From Eledone cirrhosa (Eukaryota): a stretch of 64,000 bases of DNA. The position numbers were made by a program, and so were the translations under genes. Positions within the stretch are counted from its first letter, which is position 1; each line of letters begins with the position of its first letter. The notes beneath the pieces were generated by a model, which saw only the letters and a list, made by a program, of their open reading frames with translations, had not been told where the DNA came from and did not search any database. Below, piece after piece: positions 28,201 to 43,668 of the stretch. The stretch covers positions 179,552,001 through 179,616,000 of the forward strand of contig OZ024741.1 in assembly GCA_964016885.1 (NCBI GenBank). Reading direction: 5' to 3'.

Positions 28201-31200
28201 TATATCTGTAGGTGTATTATATCTGTAGATGTATTATATCTGTAGATGTATTATATCTGTAGGTATATTATATCTATAGAGTATTATATCTGTAGGTGTA
28301 TTATATCAGTAGGTGTATTATATCTGTAGGTATATTATACCTGTAGGTATATTATATCTATAGGTATATTATATCAGTAGGTGTATTATATCTGTAGGTA
28401 TATTATATCTGTAGGTATATTATATCTGTAGATGTATTATATCTGTAGGTATATTATATCTATAGGTATATTATATCTGTAGGTATATTATATCTGTAGA
28501 TGTATTATATCTGTAGATGTATTATATCTGTAGATGTATTATATCTGTAGGTATATTATACCTGTAGGTATATTATATCTGTAGATGTATTATATCTGTA
28601 GATGTATTATATCTGTAGATGTATTATATCTATAGATGTATTATATCTATAGGTATATTATATCTGTAGGTATATTATATCTATAGGTATATTATATCTG
28701 TAGGTATATTATATCTGTAGATGTATTATATCTGTAGGTATATTATATCTATAGGTATATTATATCTGTAGGTATATTATATCTGTAGGTATATTATATC
28801 TGTAGATGTATTATATCTGTAGGTATATTATATCTATAGGTATATTATATCTGTAGGTGTATTATATCTGTAGATATATTATATCTATAGAGTATTATAT
28901 CTGTAGGTGTATTATATCTCTATGTGTATTATATCTGAAGATGTATCATATCTGTAGGTATATTATATCTGTAGGCGTATTATATCTCTATGTGTATTAT
29001 ATCTATAGGTGTATTATATCTGTAGGTGTATTATATCTGTAGGTATATTATATCTGTAGGTATATTATATCTGTAGGTATATTATATCTATAGGTGTATT
29101 ATATCTGTAGGTATATTATATCTGTAGGTATATTATATCTATAGGTGTATTATATCTGTAAGTATATTATATCTGTAGGTATATTATATCTGTAGGTATA
29201 TTATATCTATAGATGTATTATATCTGTAGATGTATTATATCTATAGATATATTATATCTGTAGGTGTATTATATCTGTAGGTGTATTATATCTATAGGTA
29301 TATTATATCTGTAGGTATATTATATCTGTAGATGTATTATATCTGTAGGTATATTATACCTGTAGGTATATTATATCTGTAGATATATTATATCTGTAGG
29401 TGTATTATATCTATAAAGTATTATATCTGTAGATGTATTACATCTGTAGATGTATTACATCTGTAGGTATATTATATCTGTAGGTATATTATATCTGTAG
29501 GTATATTATATCTGTAGGTATATTATATCTGTAGATGTATTATATCTGTAGATGTATTATATCTGTAGGTATATTATATCTGTAGGTATATTATATCTGT
29601 AGGCATATTATATCTGTAGATGTATTATATCTATAGATGTATTATATTTGTAGGTATATTATATCTGTAGGTATATTATATATGTAGGTATATTATATCT
29701 GTAGATGTATTATATCTGTAGGTATATTATATCTGTAGATGTATTATATCTGTAGATTATTATATCTGTAGATGTATTATATATGTAGATGTATTATATC
29801 TGTAGATGTATTATATCTGTAGGTATATTATATCTATAGGTGTATTATATCTGTAGGTGTATTATATCTGTAGGTATATTATATCTGTAGATGTATTATA
29901 TCTGTAGATATATTATATCTGTAGATGTATTATATCTGTAGATGTATTATATCTGTAGATGTATTATATCTGTAGGTATATTATATCTATAGGTGTATTA
30001 TATCTGTAGGTGTATTATATCTGTAGGTATATTATATCTGTAGATGTATTATATCTGAGGTGTATTATATCTGTAGGTGTATTATATCTGTAGGTGTATT
30101 ATATCTATAGATGTATTATATCTGTAGGTATATTATATCTGTAGGTATATTATATCTGTAGATGTATTATATCTGTAGGTATATTATATCTGTAGGTATA
30201 TTATACCTGTAGGTATATTATATCTATAGGTATATTATATCTGTAGGTGTATTATATCTATAGATGTATTATATCTATAGATGTATTATATTTATAGATG
30301 TATCATATCTATAGGTGTATTATATCTATAGATGTATTATATCTATAGATGTATTATATCTGTAGGTATATTATATCTGTAGGTATATTATATCTGTAGA
30401 TGTATTATATCTATAGATGTATTATATCTGTAGGTATATTATACCCGTAGATATATAATATCTCTAGATGTATTATATCTATAGGTATATTATATCTGTA
30501 GGTGTATTATATCTATAGATGTATTATATCTATAGATGAATTGTTGTAAATGAATATTGTCTAAATTCATCCAAGTTGCCCAGATGAATGAAGTTGAACA
30601 TCATTGCTTGGATACCATTCTAGACAAGGTCATTATGACTTAGTATTAGCTTGATGCCATAAGATGTAAAGCTTAACATTTAAAGGTTGATATATCAACC
30701 TGCCATTTTTTGTTGTTGTTGCTATAAGAATATATATTTTCTTTGTCTATTAACATGCTGTGTGTATCTGGTTTAGAATAGATAATCATATTCTTGTGTG
30801 TTGCAAGAGGTGACTGACTAGGAAGGGCACTCAACTGTAAAACATTGTTTCAAAAGGACCCCATGATAAGCATGAAGCCTGCATGGTTAACCTTAGTTTT
30901 ACCAGAGGGAAACGGCCTGAAATACACTTCCTGATATCAAAATACAGGTATGTTTTTTTTTAAAAAAGAATTTTAAACAATAACACTTTGTACATCATCA
31001 TTGCCATCATTACACTCTATTTCTTTTGTAAAAAGAGAGCTCTTAATTCTGATATAACACCCTTAATGTTTTGTATCTCATAAGAAAATGATACTATCTA
31101 TCTTCCTTAGTGTACAAATATCAGGGGATTTGTTTCCAAGAGGTTAAACCTGTAGTTCTATTTAAGAAATCAAAACATTTTGTTTACTGAGATTTAGTTG

Positions 31201-31634
31201 TTACACTTGTAGCTGAGTTGTTCAGTTCCAGGTTAACCTTGAATGAGCAGACCTATAATCAAAGGCATTCTAGCTATAAACTTCTTGTCTTTTTCGATAT
31301 CAGAGGCTCGATGTGTAAACTTACTTGATGAACTTATATTATGTCTATATATCCCCAATACTGCTTCCCTTCGCAAACCCTATATCAAATACTTAAATAC
31401 AACCCTCAGAATTCTTCATCTTACTCACACGTTTAAGCTGAAAGAAACATTGGGTATAAGAGAAGTCAAATGTTGTAATGGATGAGAGAAGAATGTGCTG
31501 GTATGACAATGGGCAACAATAAGTGGAGAGGCATCATGTTGGAGAAGACCTATCCAAACCAAGATACAATGTGATTTGAACTCAGAATGTAAAGTACTGG
31601 AATAAATATCACAAAGCACCCTGTCTGATAAGCA

Positions 31635-31816
31635 ATTTGGAGGGAGGGGAAGTTGATTAAATCAAGTCCAGTGCATTACTGGTGCTTTATTTTATCTCAC
31701 CATAAAGATGAAAGGCAAAGCTAACCTCAGCGGGATTTGAACTCGGAGCATAAAGGGCCATAACTCTATGCTGCAAAGCATGGTGTTTGACACTTTACCA
31801 ATACTGCCAATCCACC
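31635..31816 (-). mobile_element. Meta-like tRNA SINE
   Basis: Reverse complement of the same head and core (GATGAAAGGCAAAG...GGGATTTGAACTC). Confidence 0.8.
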
Positions 31817-34800
31817 AGCTTGTTTGACATTATAATGATGCCACTAGTTCATTACCCTAGACTAGTACTTTATTTATCAATCCTGAAAGGATGAAAGGTA
31901 AGGTGAAGTACTGTATCTTGGAAGGATTTGAACTCAGAACATAAAGTACCAGTATAAACACTGCAAGATATTTAAGCCAATGCTCTAATGCTTCTGTCTA
32001 TCCAATTCACCACCTATAATTGGATCAACTCTTGTATATCCCCAGTACTAAGCTTAACAACATGAAGAACTCTTTCATTACCATATTTATAATGAAATAC
32101 ACTGTAACTGAATTAATGGAAAACGTTGAGGGATTTACTAAAAGAACAACTTATTTCATTATTAAGATGGTATTTGTAATATAATCTAACAAAAGGTTCT
32201 TATGTCATGTGGTGTTGGAAGATTTTCATTTAAATAAGAACTCTTTAAAATGGGTTGTATTGTTTCAAAGAACCAGAGGTCGTTTTGGGTGGGTTGGTAT
32301 CAAAAGGGTTAAATGACAAAAGAGCAGCTCCAATGGGATTTGAACCCAGAACAAGTTCAAATATATCAATGCTTTTTAAGAGCATTTCACCATTTCTGTT
32401 ATCTCTACCACCTTTAATGTAAACAGTGATATTAGTATATAATATAGAGGATATTAGCATGTCAACTAAAGGAAGAGCATCTTTACTATGTAAATAGCCA
32501 TGGAAATATCTAAATAGCAAAGAGAACAATTGACAATTAGGGTTCAGTGTGTAAATACGTGTGTGTACACATGTGTATGTGTGTAAATACATGTGTATGT
32601 ATGTAAATGAGTGTGTGTGTGTGTGAAAATATGTGTATGTAACTGTGCATTTGTGTGTTTGAGTGTGAATGTGTGTGTGTATACATGTTTGTCTAATTGC
32701 TTTAAGTTGGCCAGCCCTGCCACCCACTCCACGCCGTTCAGCAAACATCCTTATTGATACATGGTATTTATAACAATTGTGTCAATTCTGACTCTCACCC
32801 TAACAACAACAGCCATAGCAGCATTACTTGATGTAGTTTTATTATTATTATATCAGTCAGTCTTTCTTGCTAATGATCTGCCATGTTTTAGTTTAGTATG
32901 TTTAGCATCCATCCGATTAATTCCTCTTCTGTGCATGTTGTCCATCACTGTCAAATGACGACCTCTGCTATGTATGACAAGAAGAAGAGGTGAGAAGGAT
33001 GAAGGGATGTTATGTCTCTTACAGAGGCTGCACATTTCATTGTCAGAATCTCTCATCATAAAACCTGACCCCTTTAACATATTAATCTTGCTACATCTAG
33101 CCATGATTGGTTATATAATACATAAGACAGTGTTACAATAATATAATATATGTGTGTTCCAACTAACTAAACTTATAGGGTTATTTCACAGCCTTGTCAA
33201 CACATTCATTAACTTCAGGTGATAGGAAAACTGGCTTTAAATCTCACAGGAAATTAAGTTATTATTCATAGTTTGTATATTTAATCCTGTCTGTATAAAT
33301 ACAGCTATATGTCTAACATCCTTAGCATTATTGATGGTAAAGGTTTATGGTAATATTTTTGCTCTACCTGAATTATAAAAGGTGTGTGTGACCTAATAAT
33401 TAGGGTGTTGGGTCCAGTATTATAGATAATAAAGGTGTAAAGTAATATTTATCACTGTGAATCTGGTTTAAAATAAGTACACTGTGCCCCTGTTTTGTTG
33501 GCAGGGCTTTAAAGGATTGGTGCCAGGAACAATGCCTAAAAAAGTATCCCATGATGAGTATGATGCTTGTTATGGGGTCTGCAAGGCTAACCCTTCTTTA
33601 GCAGAGAAAATTGCTTTAAAATGCTCACTTGCTGTTGTTTGTTTATTCATTTTTGTATGGATACATCTGTGGTATTATCAATGAGAAAGGTTTATCATAA
33701 CATTTCAACTCTATCAAATCCTTGACCTAGTGGTTAGGTGTTGGACTTAGCATTATAGATAATAAAGATTAATCATATTTCAGAATTGATGCTGTGTGTA
33801 TCCCATCTTTTTTTTTTTTAGAATAGGTACATTGTATCCCTGTGAGTTGTAAGAGGCAACTAAAAGGGTTGGTATCAGGAAGGGCATCTGGCTGTAAAAC
33901 AGTGTTTCAAACCATCTTGCCCACACCAATGATGCTGAGGATTTCAGCTGTATCTGCACGTGGCTTAGTGGTTAGGGTGTTTGTCTTAGCATGCTAGATG
34001 ACAAAGGTTATCATAATATTTCAGCTCTATTTGCACATAGCCCAGTGGTTGGATTGTTGGACTTACAATCATAAGATTTTTGGTTCAATATTTAGAAACA
34101 ACATTTAACTTTGCTCCAGCCTATTCAGCTGAAAAAATGAGTACAGGCAGTAGCTAGGAGTTAACCAATGGTCTCCAGCCTTAGGTCATACAAACCCTAA
34201 AGTATTTTTCAATTTTGTATTAAAAAAAAAGTGGTTCCTACAGGATTTGTCACCAAAGTTTGACATTTGTTCATGATGTTCGGAAGCTTCTACTTTCATA
34301 TTTTCTTTTATAAAATGGTATAGATTTTTTTTTAATAAGGGAAATAATAAAAATATATGTACATATATATTCTTTATATTATTTCTATTATCAAGTTTAA
34401 GGGTTTTATATAAATTTCTATAAGTCTCCCTGTAATGCTTAGGGGTGATGACGAAGGGAGTGATGATGATGATGACTGTGATGACGATGGCAGTGATGAT
34501 GATGATGATGATGATGAAATCACTTGTACAGATACCAATTTAGTTATATAAAGAAAGACCACATACAAAAACTTTCATAATATATTTGTTAAATATTTGC
34601 AACAACATAGTTTCTGCTAAGTGTACCCAAGGTTCCATGCAGTTGTGTTCAAATGGGCAATAGAATGAGTCTACAACCCAAAGTAGGCCACAGCAGCATT
34701 TGAACTCAGAATAAAAAGAACTAGAACAAATATCATCTAATGCTTTAACAATTCTACCAATCTGGACTGGTACTTTATTTTATCAACCACAAAAGGATGA

Positions 34801-35585
34801 AAGGCAAAGCTGACTTTGTTGGGATTTGAACTCAGAATGCAGAGATCCAGAACAAATAAGATACTTTAACAACTTCATTAATCCATCACTTATTATAATA
34901 AAAGAAATCCTTATAATCACAGGTGTTATCAACTGGCTATTGTAATCAAGATTAGGGGGAAAGGGGGAGCCTAAACTCTTTATTTACTCAATCTTATCAG
35001 CCAGCTATAAGGTTAATTGGCAGAGTCATAAGAACGTTGGATAGAGTGATTTGTGGTATTCATTCCAGCTCTCTATGCTCTGACCTCAAATCTTGCTGAG
35101 GTCAACTTTGCTTTTCATCCTTTTGAGGCTGATAAAAGAAAAAAGTACCAGTCTAGTACTGAGGTTGATTCTTCTTCTATATCTCTTTCTCACTTGCTAT
35201 CCTTCTCTGGAAGAAATCTGCTGTACACAGGCTTGGAGGGGGCTGGGTTACGCCAGGCTTAAAATTCACAAGAAACGCCATATGTCAATACAGTGCTCCA
35301 ATGACTCCATCGGGAGTTACATAACCGCACCATATCCATTAGCCAGCTATTTGTTAACAAAACCGTGCTGTATTTACAATATGTGCCTTTCATTGTACAT
35401 ACACACCATTACCACCAATATTTTATATATACTTGAGATAGTATTAAAGAATGTTATCAGATTATCATAATCAGAAAAAGTTTGTCTCTAAATGATCACA
35501 CGAAACAACTTTCTTGTATATAGCAAAAAAAAGAAGGAAAAAAAAAAAAAGAAACCCAGATATTTAATATATTTCTGAATGAGTA

Positions 35586-35811
35586 TTAACCCCTTCACAT
35601 TTACATTACTCTATATTTACTATTGTATTTTCACAGTAAAGGCTTTACTTCACATAATTATCTTACATAATATCAAATCTATAAAATGTTGATATTTATT
35701 TTGAGAACAATACCTTAAAATCAGTATGAGTGGCCAGTTACAGCCAGTTTGAACAGAAAGAGGTGAGATAATTCTGGCTGGATACAGCGCGTTTAAATGC
35801 TAAAGGGTTAA
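35586..35811 (+). mobile_element. TTAA-flanked MITE family B (piggyBac-like)
   Basis: TTAA CCCCTTCACATTTA ... TAAATGCTAAAGGG TTAA; second copy 63367-63570. Confidence 0.75.
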
Positions 35812-36140
35812 GGAGGACAATCCATAATTTTGATGTTATTAAGAAATTTGTAGATAAAAGTCAATTTTACAATGTTTTTGCTTTGTATTCCTTTATCTTT
35901 TAGTTTTGTGTTGGTTAGGGTGTGGAAATCACAATCATAAGGGCATGGATTCAATTTCTGGTTCAAGCACTGTGTTGTTTTTTTGAACAAGACACTTCAT
36001 TTCACATTGCTTTTCATGAGAGGTCTAGAGTCCCTGTCATTAAACTAACAAAAAAAACCCTTTATAGTAGGCCAGTTAAACCTACATACGTATGAGCTGT
36101 AAATTTCATTTTTCATTTCATTGTGTGTTTGTTCATAAAT

Positions 36141-36690
<550 letters not shown>

Positions 36691-38964
36691 GCTGTGGTGA
36701 TGAATACTAATCTAAAGAAGCCAAGAAAGAAATTAAGTTAGGAACTCTTCCAATGATAGGAAATGGTTAACTATATTATACTCATCATTAACTAATGACG
36801 GCACTAGATAATGATGAATACAACACAAGAACCTATATTACAATATAAATAATGTTGATCATAGTAGCAATACATATTTGATAATGGTGAATGGTAATAT
36901 GAATCAAAGAAATATGAGCCTTGCATCAGAATTCTATGGAACTGGGATCATTACATGACATTAACAGTATAGTAAAATAGATGTTAATGTACATAATGAG
37001 TGAGCTTAGAGATTTAAACCCTTTTGATACAAATCTGGCCTTGGTTATATGATTCAAAATTGTTTTATAAAAGGAAAGGAATCGATCATCAAGTCAGACT
37101 AGGAAAACCATGTTTCGATTACTGATACTATTTGCTGGTCACAACTCTTGTTTGTATTTATATTCATAATACAACAATACAACAGGAGGAAACATAACAT
37201 CACTGATGATGTCACAGGTGTGTGACGAAAGAACTGAGAAACTATAGTTATATCTATATTTTTAAATGTTGGTCAATCAATGATAAACATTGATTGTCAG
37301 CTGAATTAATTATAGAAATATAAAATATACTGAAGCAAAAACTAATCCAAACCAAACAGTGAGTGTGTTTTACTTTTTTTGGCAATATTATAACAACGTG
37401 ACCCTTCTCAAATATAACAATGTATCATCATCATCATCATCGTTTAACATCTATCTTCCCCAAAACCTTCCATCATAATTTTATGTAAGAACCTTGGTTA
37501 AGTTATGCTCCAAATACCAGCTTGATAATGAGAAAGTTGTTATATTACTAAATCCCTCCAAATTTTTGATTATCTTCAAAATGATTTGAAAATCAGTGTC
37601 TTTCATTAGAAATATGATAATGAAAGGGCTAATTAATTAAAATTACACTCAATACAATACAAAAACATATATTACAATATAAATATGTCTGATTGTTGAT
37701 TATGGTAGTAATATATATTTGATGATAGTGACAGTCAGTTGATATGAAACAGATATATGAGCCTTCTATGAAAATTTTATGAAACTAGGATCATAGCACA
37801 GCATTAAAAGAATAACAAATGTATATCAAATAAAATACACTCTATGTCAATTATTTAATTAAAAATTTTGAAGGACGTATTAAAATCATTAATTGTTTAA
37901 TTACTAAGATAGGAAGTTAACATATGGTGCTTATATTACAATAAACAAGGAACAAAAATAAGTATTAATCCATTGTTTTATGATTGTTTCAGCTGAATGG
38001 AAAAAGGTAAATCACATCTAATGGCCTCAAAAAGTAAGCCATATCCATTGGCCTCCTTCAGAAACAAATGATTCTTGTTTTCATTATTAGTTAATGACCA
38101 TCTTTCTTGCTAGGAAGGTTTGGCCAAGCCTTCACAGACCAAGTCAGTACTTAAGCAGAGCTACTGACCTTTCAGATGGGCTGGTAACCTGCATCTAATT
38201 TACATACATTACTGTATTTTATTAAGGCACAAACACTAGGGAGATTATCATATCTTTTGAGACAGCTGAAGAGTCCTCTCAGCCCTTAGTTCAGAATTTT
38301 GTTTTTATAGCTGGATGCTCTTCCTATCGCCAACTACTTTACAGAATATACTGAATATATGTATCATGTAGATCACCAACACTAGGGAGTAGAACTAGAG
38401 TCAGTTTTGGTCAGGCTGATATAAAAAGATGTTAACATACATAATGCAGTAAGCAAAGGGATTTTATCCTTTTTGATATCAAACTACCTGAAACTGCCTT
38501 ACAGTACAGTTGATTTCATTTAAATCGAGTTAAATGTATATTTCCCCGAGAACTAAGAACATTCATAGGATATAGACACAAAATAGTTCAGGGGTAACAT
38601 ATCTTGGAATTGGATGAATGAATAAGATCTCATTTGATATCATATCGCTTAAAACTGCCCCTGGTTGTATGACACAAAACTGTTTGTTTTAAAGTATTTA
38701 TATTTATGTAAAAATTTACCATCATAATTTTATGTAAAAACTTTTAAGTTAAGCTCAAATTACTGGCTTAACCAAAAAGATAAGTTATATTATCAAATCT
38801 CTCTAAATTCTTGATTACTTTCAAAATGATTTGAGAATCAAAGTCAGTCCTTCATTAGAAATATAGTAATGAAATGATCAATTAACTAAAATTACACCTA
38901 AAAGAAAATACTACAGCCATTATTTGTGATGGAGTATGACTTAGTAGTATGCACCATGATTTCC

Positions 38965-39727
38965 CTAAGGGTTTTAGGTATCCATGTTCACCAGTCTGTT
39001 TGGTGGGACTTTCCGCCCGAGACCTATGGACAACTTCCAGAGGTCCCTGGCCCTGGCAGTGCTACCGAGGAGCTCTACCAGTTCGTGATAAGATCCACAG
39101 TCATGGCTGCCCCGGCAGGGATCCTTCCAAAAGGACGTGTCCAAGATGCGGACAGGACATTGAAATCGTCTTGCACGCAATTGTACACTGCCCGGGCGTA
39201 ACCGACCTGTGGAACTACGCAGAACAACTGCTGTCGCATATGGGACAAATCCAGTTGACTGCCAAGTCCATAGTAAGGATCAAACCGCCAACTTCTTTCA
39301 AAAACGAAAGTGAAGCGGTTTTCCTCTGTATAGTGGCTATGGTGAAAGAGGTTATATGGTGGACGAGATTAAGAGGACTGAGGACAGATGCCTTTCTCTC
39401 TGGATAACAACTCATTCCCTTCTTTAGGTACCACTTTAGAAGGAGAACCAGAGTGGAGAGAGAGGCACTGCACCCCAGTAAATTTACTGAAAGGTGGGTG
39501 AATGTGGCAAAAATGGCCCGAGTGATTGGGCCTTCTCTGTATATAAACCTGAGGGTTGTTCTATCTACGGGGTATTAAACAACCCATTTGTGGCGCCTCC
39601 CCCTATTGGGGATTTTGATTGTTATATTTGTTTGTTTCATATTTTTACACGATTGTATGTAAAATCCCTGGCATATGTCCTTGTTTTGTCCCCTTTTCTT
39701 GTGCGCCCTTGTGACTAATAAAGAAAT
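38965..39727 (+). mobile_element. L1/Tx1-clade LINE 3' fragment (zf-RVT-like zinc knuckle)
   Basis: WQCYRGALPVRDKI...CPRCGQDIEIVLHAIVHCP; higher GC than flanks; AATAAA at the end. Confidence 0.8.
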
Positions 39728-40433
39728 ATATCTTGATCTAGTAGAATGTTCAGGATGTGATGGTTGGAAGGAGAAAGGGCTGCAACACCAACACTGAGCT
39801 GCTAATTTCTTTATCAGCCTCCACATGTATGAAAGGCTAAGTCAACCTCGTCATGATTTGAACTCAGAGCACAGACAGCCAGCACAAATACCACATGGTA
39901 TTTTGTCCTATGCTACAATATTATGTTGTTTATCCCCAGGTGAGCTCTGATGAATCAGAACTATGATCAAAGTGCTCCAGTCATGACTATTGCATCCTAT
40001 TTTAAGACAGTTAATGTATCTAGAACTACAATTATTTAAGGTGTCATATATTAAAGTTGGTAAGGTGTGGGGGTTTTTTTTGGGGGGGGGGGGTACTTGA
40101 CTGCTATTTCTAGTAGATTGAGTGACCACATATTTGCTACCTCATTGGCTTGGAATAGAGTGGATTTTGTTTTTACTGTTTAATCATGAGAATTTTCCAA
40201 ACCCTACCCCCGATTTGTGGAGAGTGTCCTGAAACTGGAGATCTGACCCTGAATATTTGCAACAGAGATGGCTCTAACAAAGCTACCCTAGAGCCTGATG
40301 GTGGTCTTAAACCAGGTGATGGAATAAATGTCCCATCCAAGTAAGCAGCAGCAAGAATTTAACTTTGAACACAAAGAATCAGAACAAATGCATACATGCT
40401 TCAGCCTGTAATTGCTGATTAGATTTCTTCTAT

Positions 40434-40485
<52 letters not shown>

Positions 40486-40489
40486 TCAG

Positions 40490-40915
40490 CTCCTCAGTAC
40501 TGGAAATTTATTTATCAACCATGAAAGGATGAAAGGCAAAGTTGACCTCAGTGGGATTTGAACTCAGAACATTGGGAGCCAGAACAAGTACTGCAAGGCA
40601 ACTGATCTGTCATTCTAATAATTCTCCCAATTCATCACCCTGGCCTTTATTATTTTATTGACTCTAAACAGATGAAAGGCAAGTTAACCTCAGTCGGATT
40701 TGAACTCAGAGTGCAGCAAGCTGGGACAAATACTGCAAAGCAACTGGCTTGATGCTCTTTTAATTCCACCAATCCACCACCTTAGAATGGAACCTTATTT
40801 TATAGACCTTGAAAGGATGAAAAGCAAAGTTTACTTTGGTAGTATTTAAACTCAGAGCACACAGAGCCAGAACAAATATCACAAGATATTTTATCCTACA
40901 CTCTAATGACTGCCA
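40490..40915 (-). mobile_element. Cluster of three degraded Meta-like SINE copies
   Basis: Repeated GATGAAARGCAAAGTT...ATTTRAACTCAGA. Confidence 0.7.
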
Positions 40916-40976
40916 GGTTGAGGGATCATGTAGAAATTTAATTGCTGGCTTCACATGGAAGGAGCACACTGTAGTG

Positions 40977-41257
40977 CAGCATTTCTCAACCTTTTTATCC
41001 TTGTGAAACCTTTGAACTAGTTTTCATGTTTCAGGGAACCACTGCATAAAAATTACTATATACCATTATTAATATCTCTCTCTCTTAGAGGTTGAAGCAT
41101 TTATTATAATAACCAAGGATTTTCTAACAATATGCCATATGTGTATAGTAAAATTACGAATATAAAATTAAATAAAAATTACTCAAAAGTGCATTAGCTT
41201 ATTTATCACTGTTTTTGTGGAACCCCTATTGGCCTCTTATGGAACCCTAGAAATGCT
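40977..41257. mobile_element. hAT-type MITE with 8-bp TSD
   Basis: TIR CAGCATTTCT / AGAAATGCT; TSD CTGTAGTG at 40969-40976 and 41258-41265. Confidence 0.8.
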
Positions 41258-43668
41258 CTGTAGTGTAAGCTGTTATTAATTGGTTCATAAGATCTGATTG
41301 AAGGTATAACAAAAAAAAGAAATAAAATTATATGGCAACAGAAGAACAACACCTGATATCCTGCCACAAATTAGTTTCTTCAATTCTTCTTTCGATAAAG
41401 AGATTTTATCTCAAAATATAACAAGTACTAAAACAACTCCAAGGTAGCATCTTTGTTATATATTAACATTTAATGTCCTATTTGCATTACAGTAGCCTTC
41501 TAATAACACTATTTTCTAAAAATATAATTATAAAAATTAATCAAATAAATATGGTTATATCAAATAATTAACAAATTGATCATTTCTGATTTATAATTAA
41601 ATTCAGCCATAGCTGTGATAGGTACAAGCATTACTGTGTGACTAAGAGGTTCACTTTGCAATCACATGGTTTTAGGTTTGGCCCCAACAGCAGGGCACCT
41701 TGAGCATGTGTCTTTAGTTAATTTATTACAATTGAAATCTTCCAATATAATTTTATATAAGTACCATATGTTAAGTTACTATCTTAGCAATGAAATAATT
41801 AATAATTTTAGTGAATCCTTCAAAATTCTTCATTAATCAATTCAAATAGTTTCCTTAAAAGGGTTAATTTTAGTTTGCTTTAATTCACCCAACTATTGGG
41901 TACAGATATCAAATCTCTGATTCACACAATTTAACAGTGTTAGAGTGTTGGGCATACAATCATAGTGTTGTGGGTTCAAATCCTGAACCAGGTGGCATAT
42001 TGTATTCTTTAGCAAAACACTTCATTTCATGTTTCAGTCAACTCAACTGAAAATGAGTACAAACAACATTTGAGGTGATACACCTGTGATGGACTGCGTC
42101 ATGTTCAGAGAAGTCTTGTACTCTCAGTCACTTAACACCAATGAAACCGAGTTAAATTCCAGCTTGACGAGCCTCTGGGCTTGAGAAGAATTTAATCCTT
42201 TTTAATGTGATGTAACTTCATCTTTATCAGTCTCTCTCTCCTTCTTTTGAAAAATTGTGCTGTGTTCAGACCCGGATAGGAGATGGGCTCCATCCAGAAT
42301 AAAATGCCCAAGAAATGCTGTATGTCACTATGGCGCCCAAAGAAGAATGCAATGCAGCCATAGTACCTTTCAAGAATGTCTTACTAATGTGGTCTCATGT
42401 GGTAGATGTTTAGAGTTAATGTCATATTAATGTTAGAGTAATGGGGATTGTCCATACAATATAGGTATGGACCTGAGATTTTTGAAAAATCATATAAGGG
42501 TTCTGTGACAAAATAAGCTTTGGCACTACTGTTATAGTATTTTTATATTTCACTCCAATCTTGCATTACAAATTAAATATACATATCTATATGATCTTTC
42601 TGATCTACATTGAACGGATCAATGTAATTTAAAATTGGTAAAGTGTGGATGTGTGTATGTATGGGTGGGGGTGGGATGGATCCATACTACGTGAATAACA
42701 AAAGATATTAATTATCTTAATAATATATATATAATAAACATTATTAGATCTCTATCGAGATTAATTAAAAGGAGATTTCTATAATCATGATTTGAATATC
42801 TAAACAAGTCAATGAAATCAGTGAAGTTAATTATTATTGAACCTGTTATATGGAGTCTATGTAATGTCACAGAAACCTTGGATACTGGAAATATTAAATT
42901 ATGGAAAGATGAATGCGTGAATAAGTTTAACACTTTTCTTACAAATCTACCTGTCACTGCTTTTGTTTCCATGCTAAAAAATATTGCAATTTAATATTTT
43001 TGTTATCGCATTTCTAATGAAATACACTGCTGATGTGTATCAATTAATTTTGAAAATTTGACCAATTTAATGAGAGAACTAACAATTATATTAGTAAGGT
43101 CTGGGGGTGTGTATAAAGTAGTGAGAGTATGAAGGTTGTGATGACATGTATTGTTGTTTATGTGCAATTTCAAGCAGATTGGTATTAAAAGTGTTCATAT
43201 TTAGATTTAAATTTTCCATTGTAATATTGTGTAAGTTTGCTTTGCAATCATGCATTTTCAGGTTCTATCCCACCATGTGGCACCTTGGCCAAATATCTCC
43301 TGTAACTTTGGGCTGACCAAATGACTATACAAAAGCCCCATTGTATCATCATCACCACGGTTTTATGTCTATTTTCCAAACTTGCATGGGTTAAATGGGT
43401 TGCTCTGGATGCTCTACATAATGCCAACCACTTCATGGCATGTACTGTGTTTGTTTTCTCATGGTACCACAACTACCACATGATTGGTGGATTGGGTGCT
43501 TTTTTCATGGTACCAGCACTACCACTTTACAGTGTGAGCTAGGTATATTTTATTGTGGCACCGGCAATACAAAGAAATTACATTGTAGAGGCGATCCTTA
43601 GATGGTATAGAGGGATCTCAGCAGTGGAATATGCATGCAAGCCACCACCTCCCATATATATATATATA

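Larger units (their letters stand above)
20190..30540. repeat. 17-bp tandem satellite type B (GTAGRTRTATTATATCT) with higher-order duplications
   Basis: Directly visible; identical 61-aa spurious ORFs 2883 bp apart (25974, 28857). Confidence 0.97.

Noticed and set aside
17870-30540. CRISPR-like or telomeric array
   Set aside because: Head-to-tail units with no unique spacers, no cas genes and a eukaryotic context; not a G-rich telomere repeat and internal to unique flanks.
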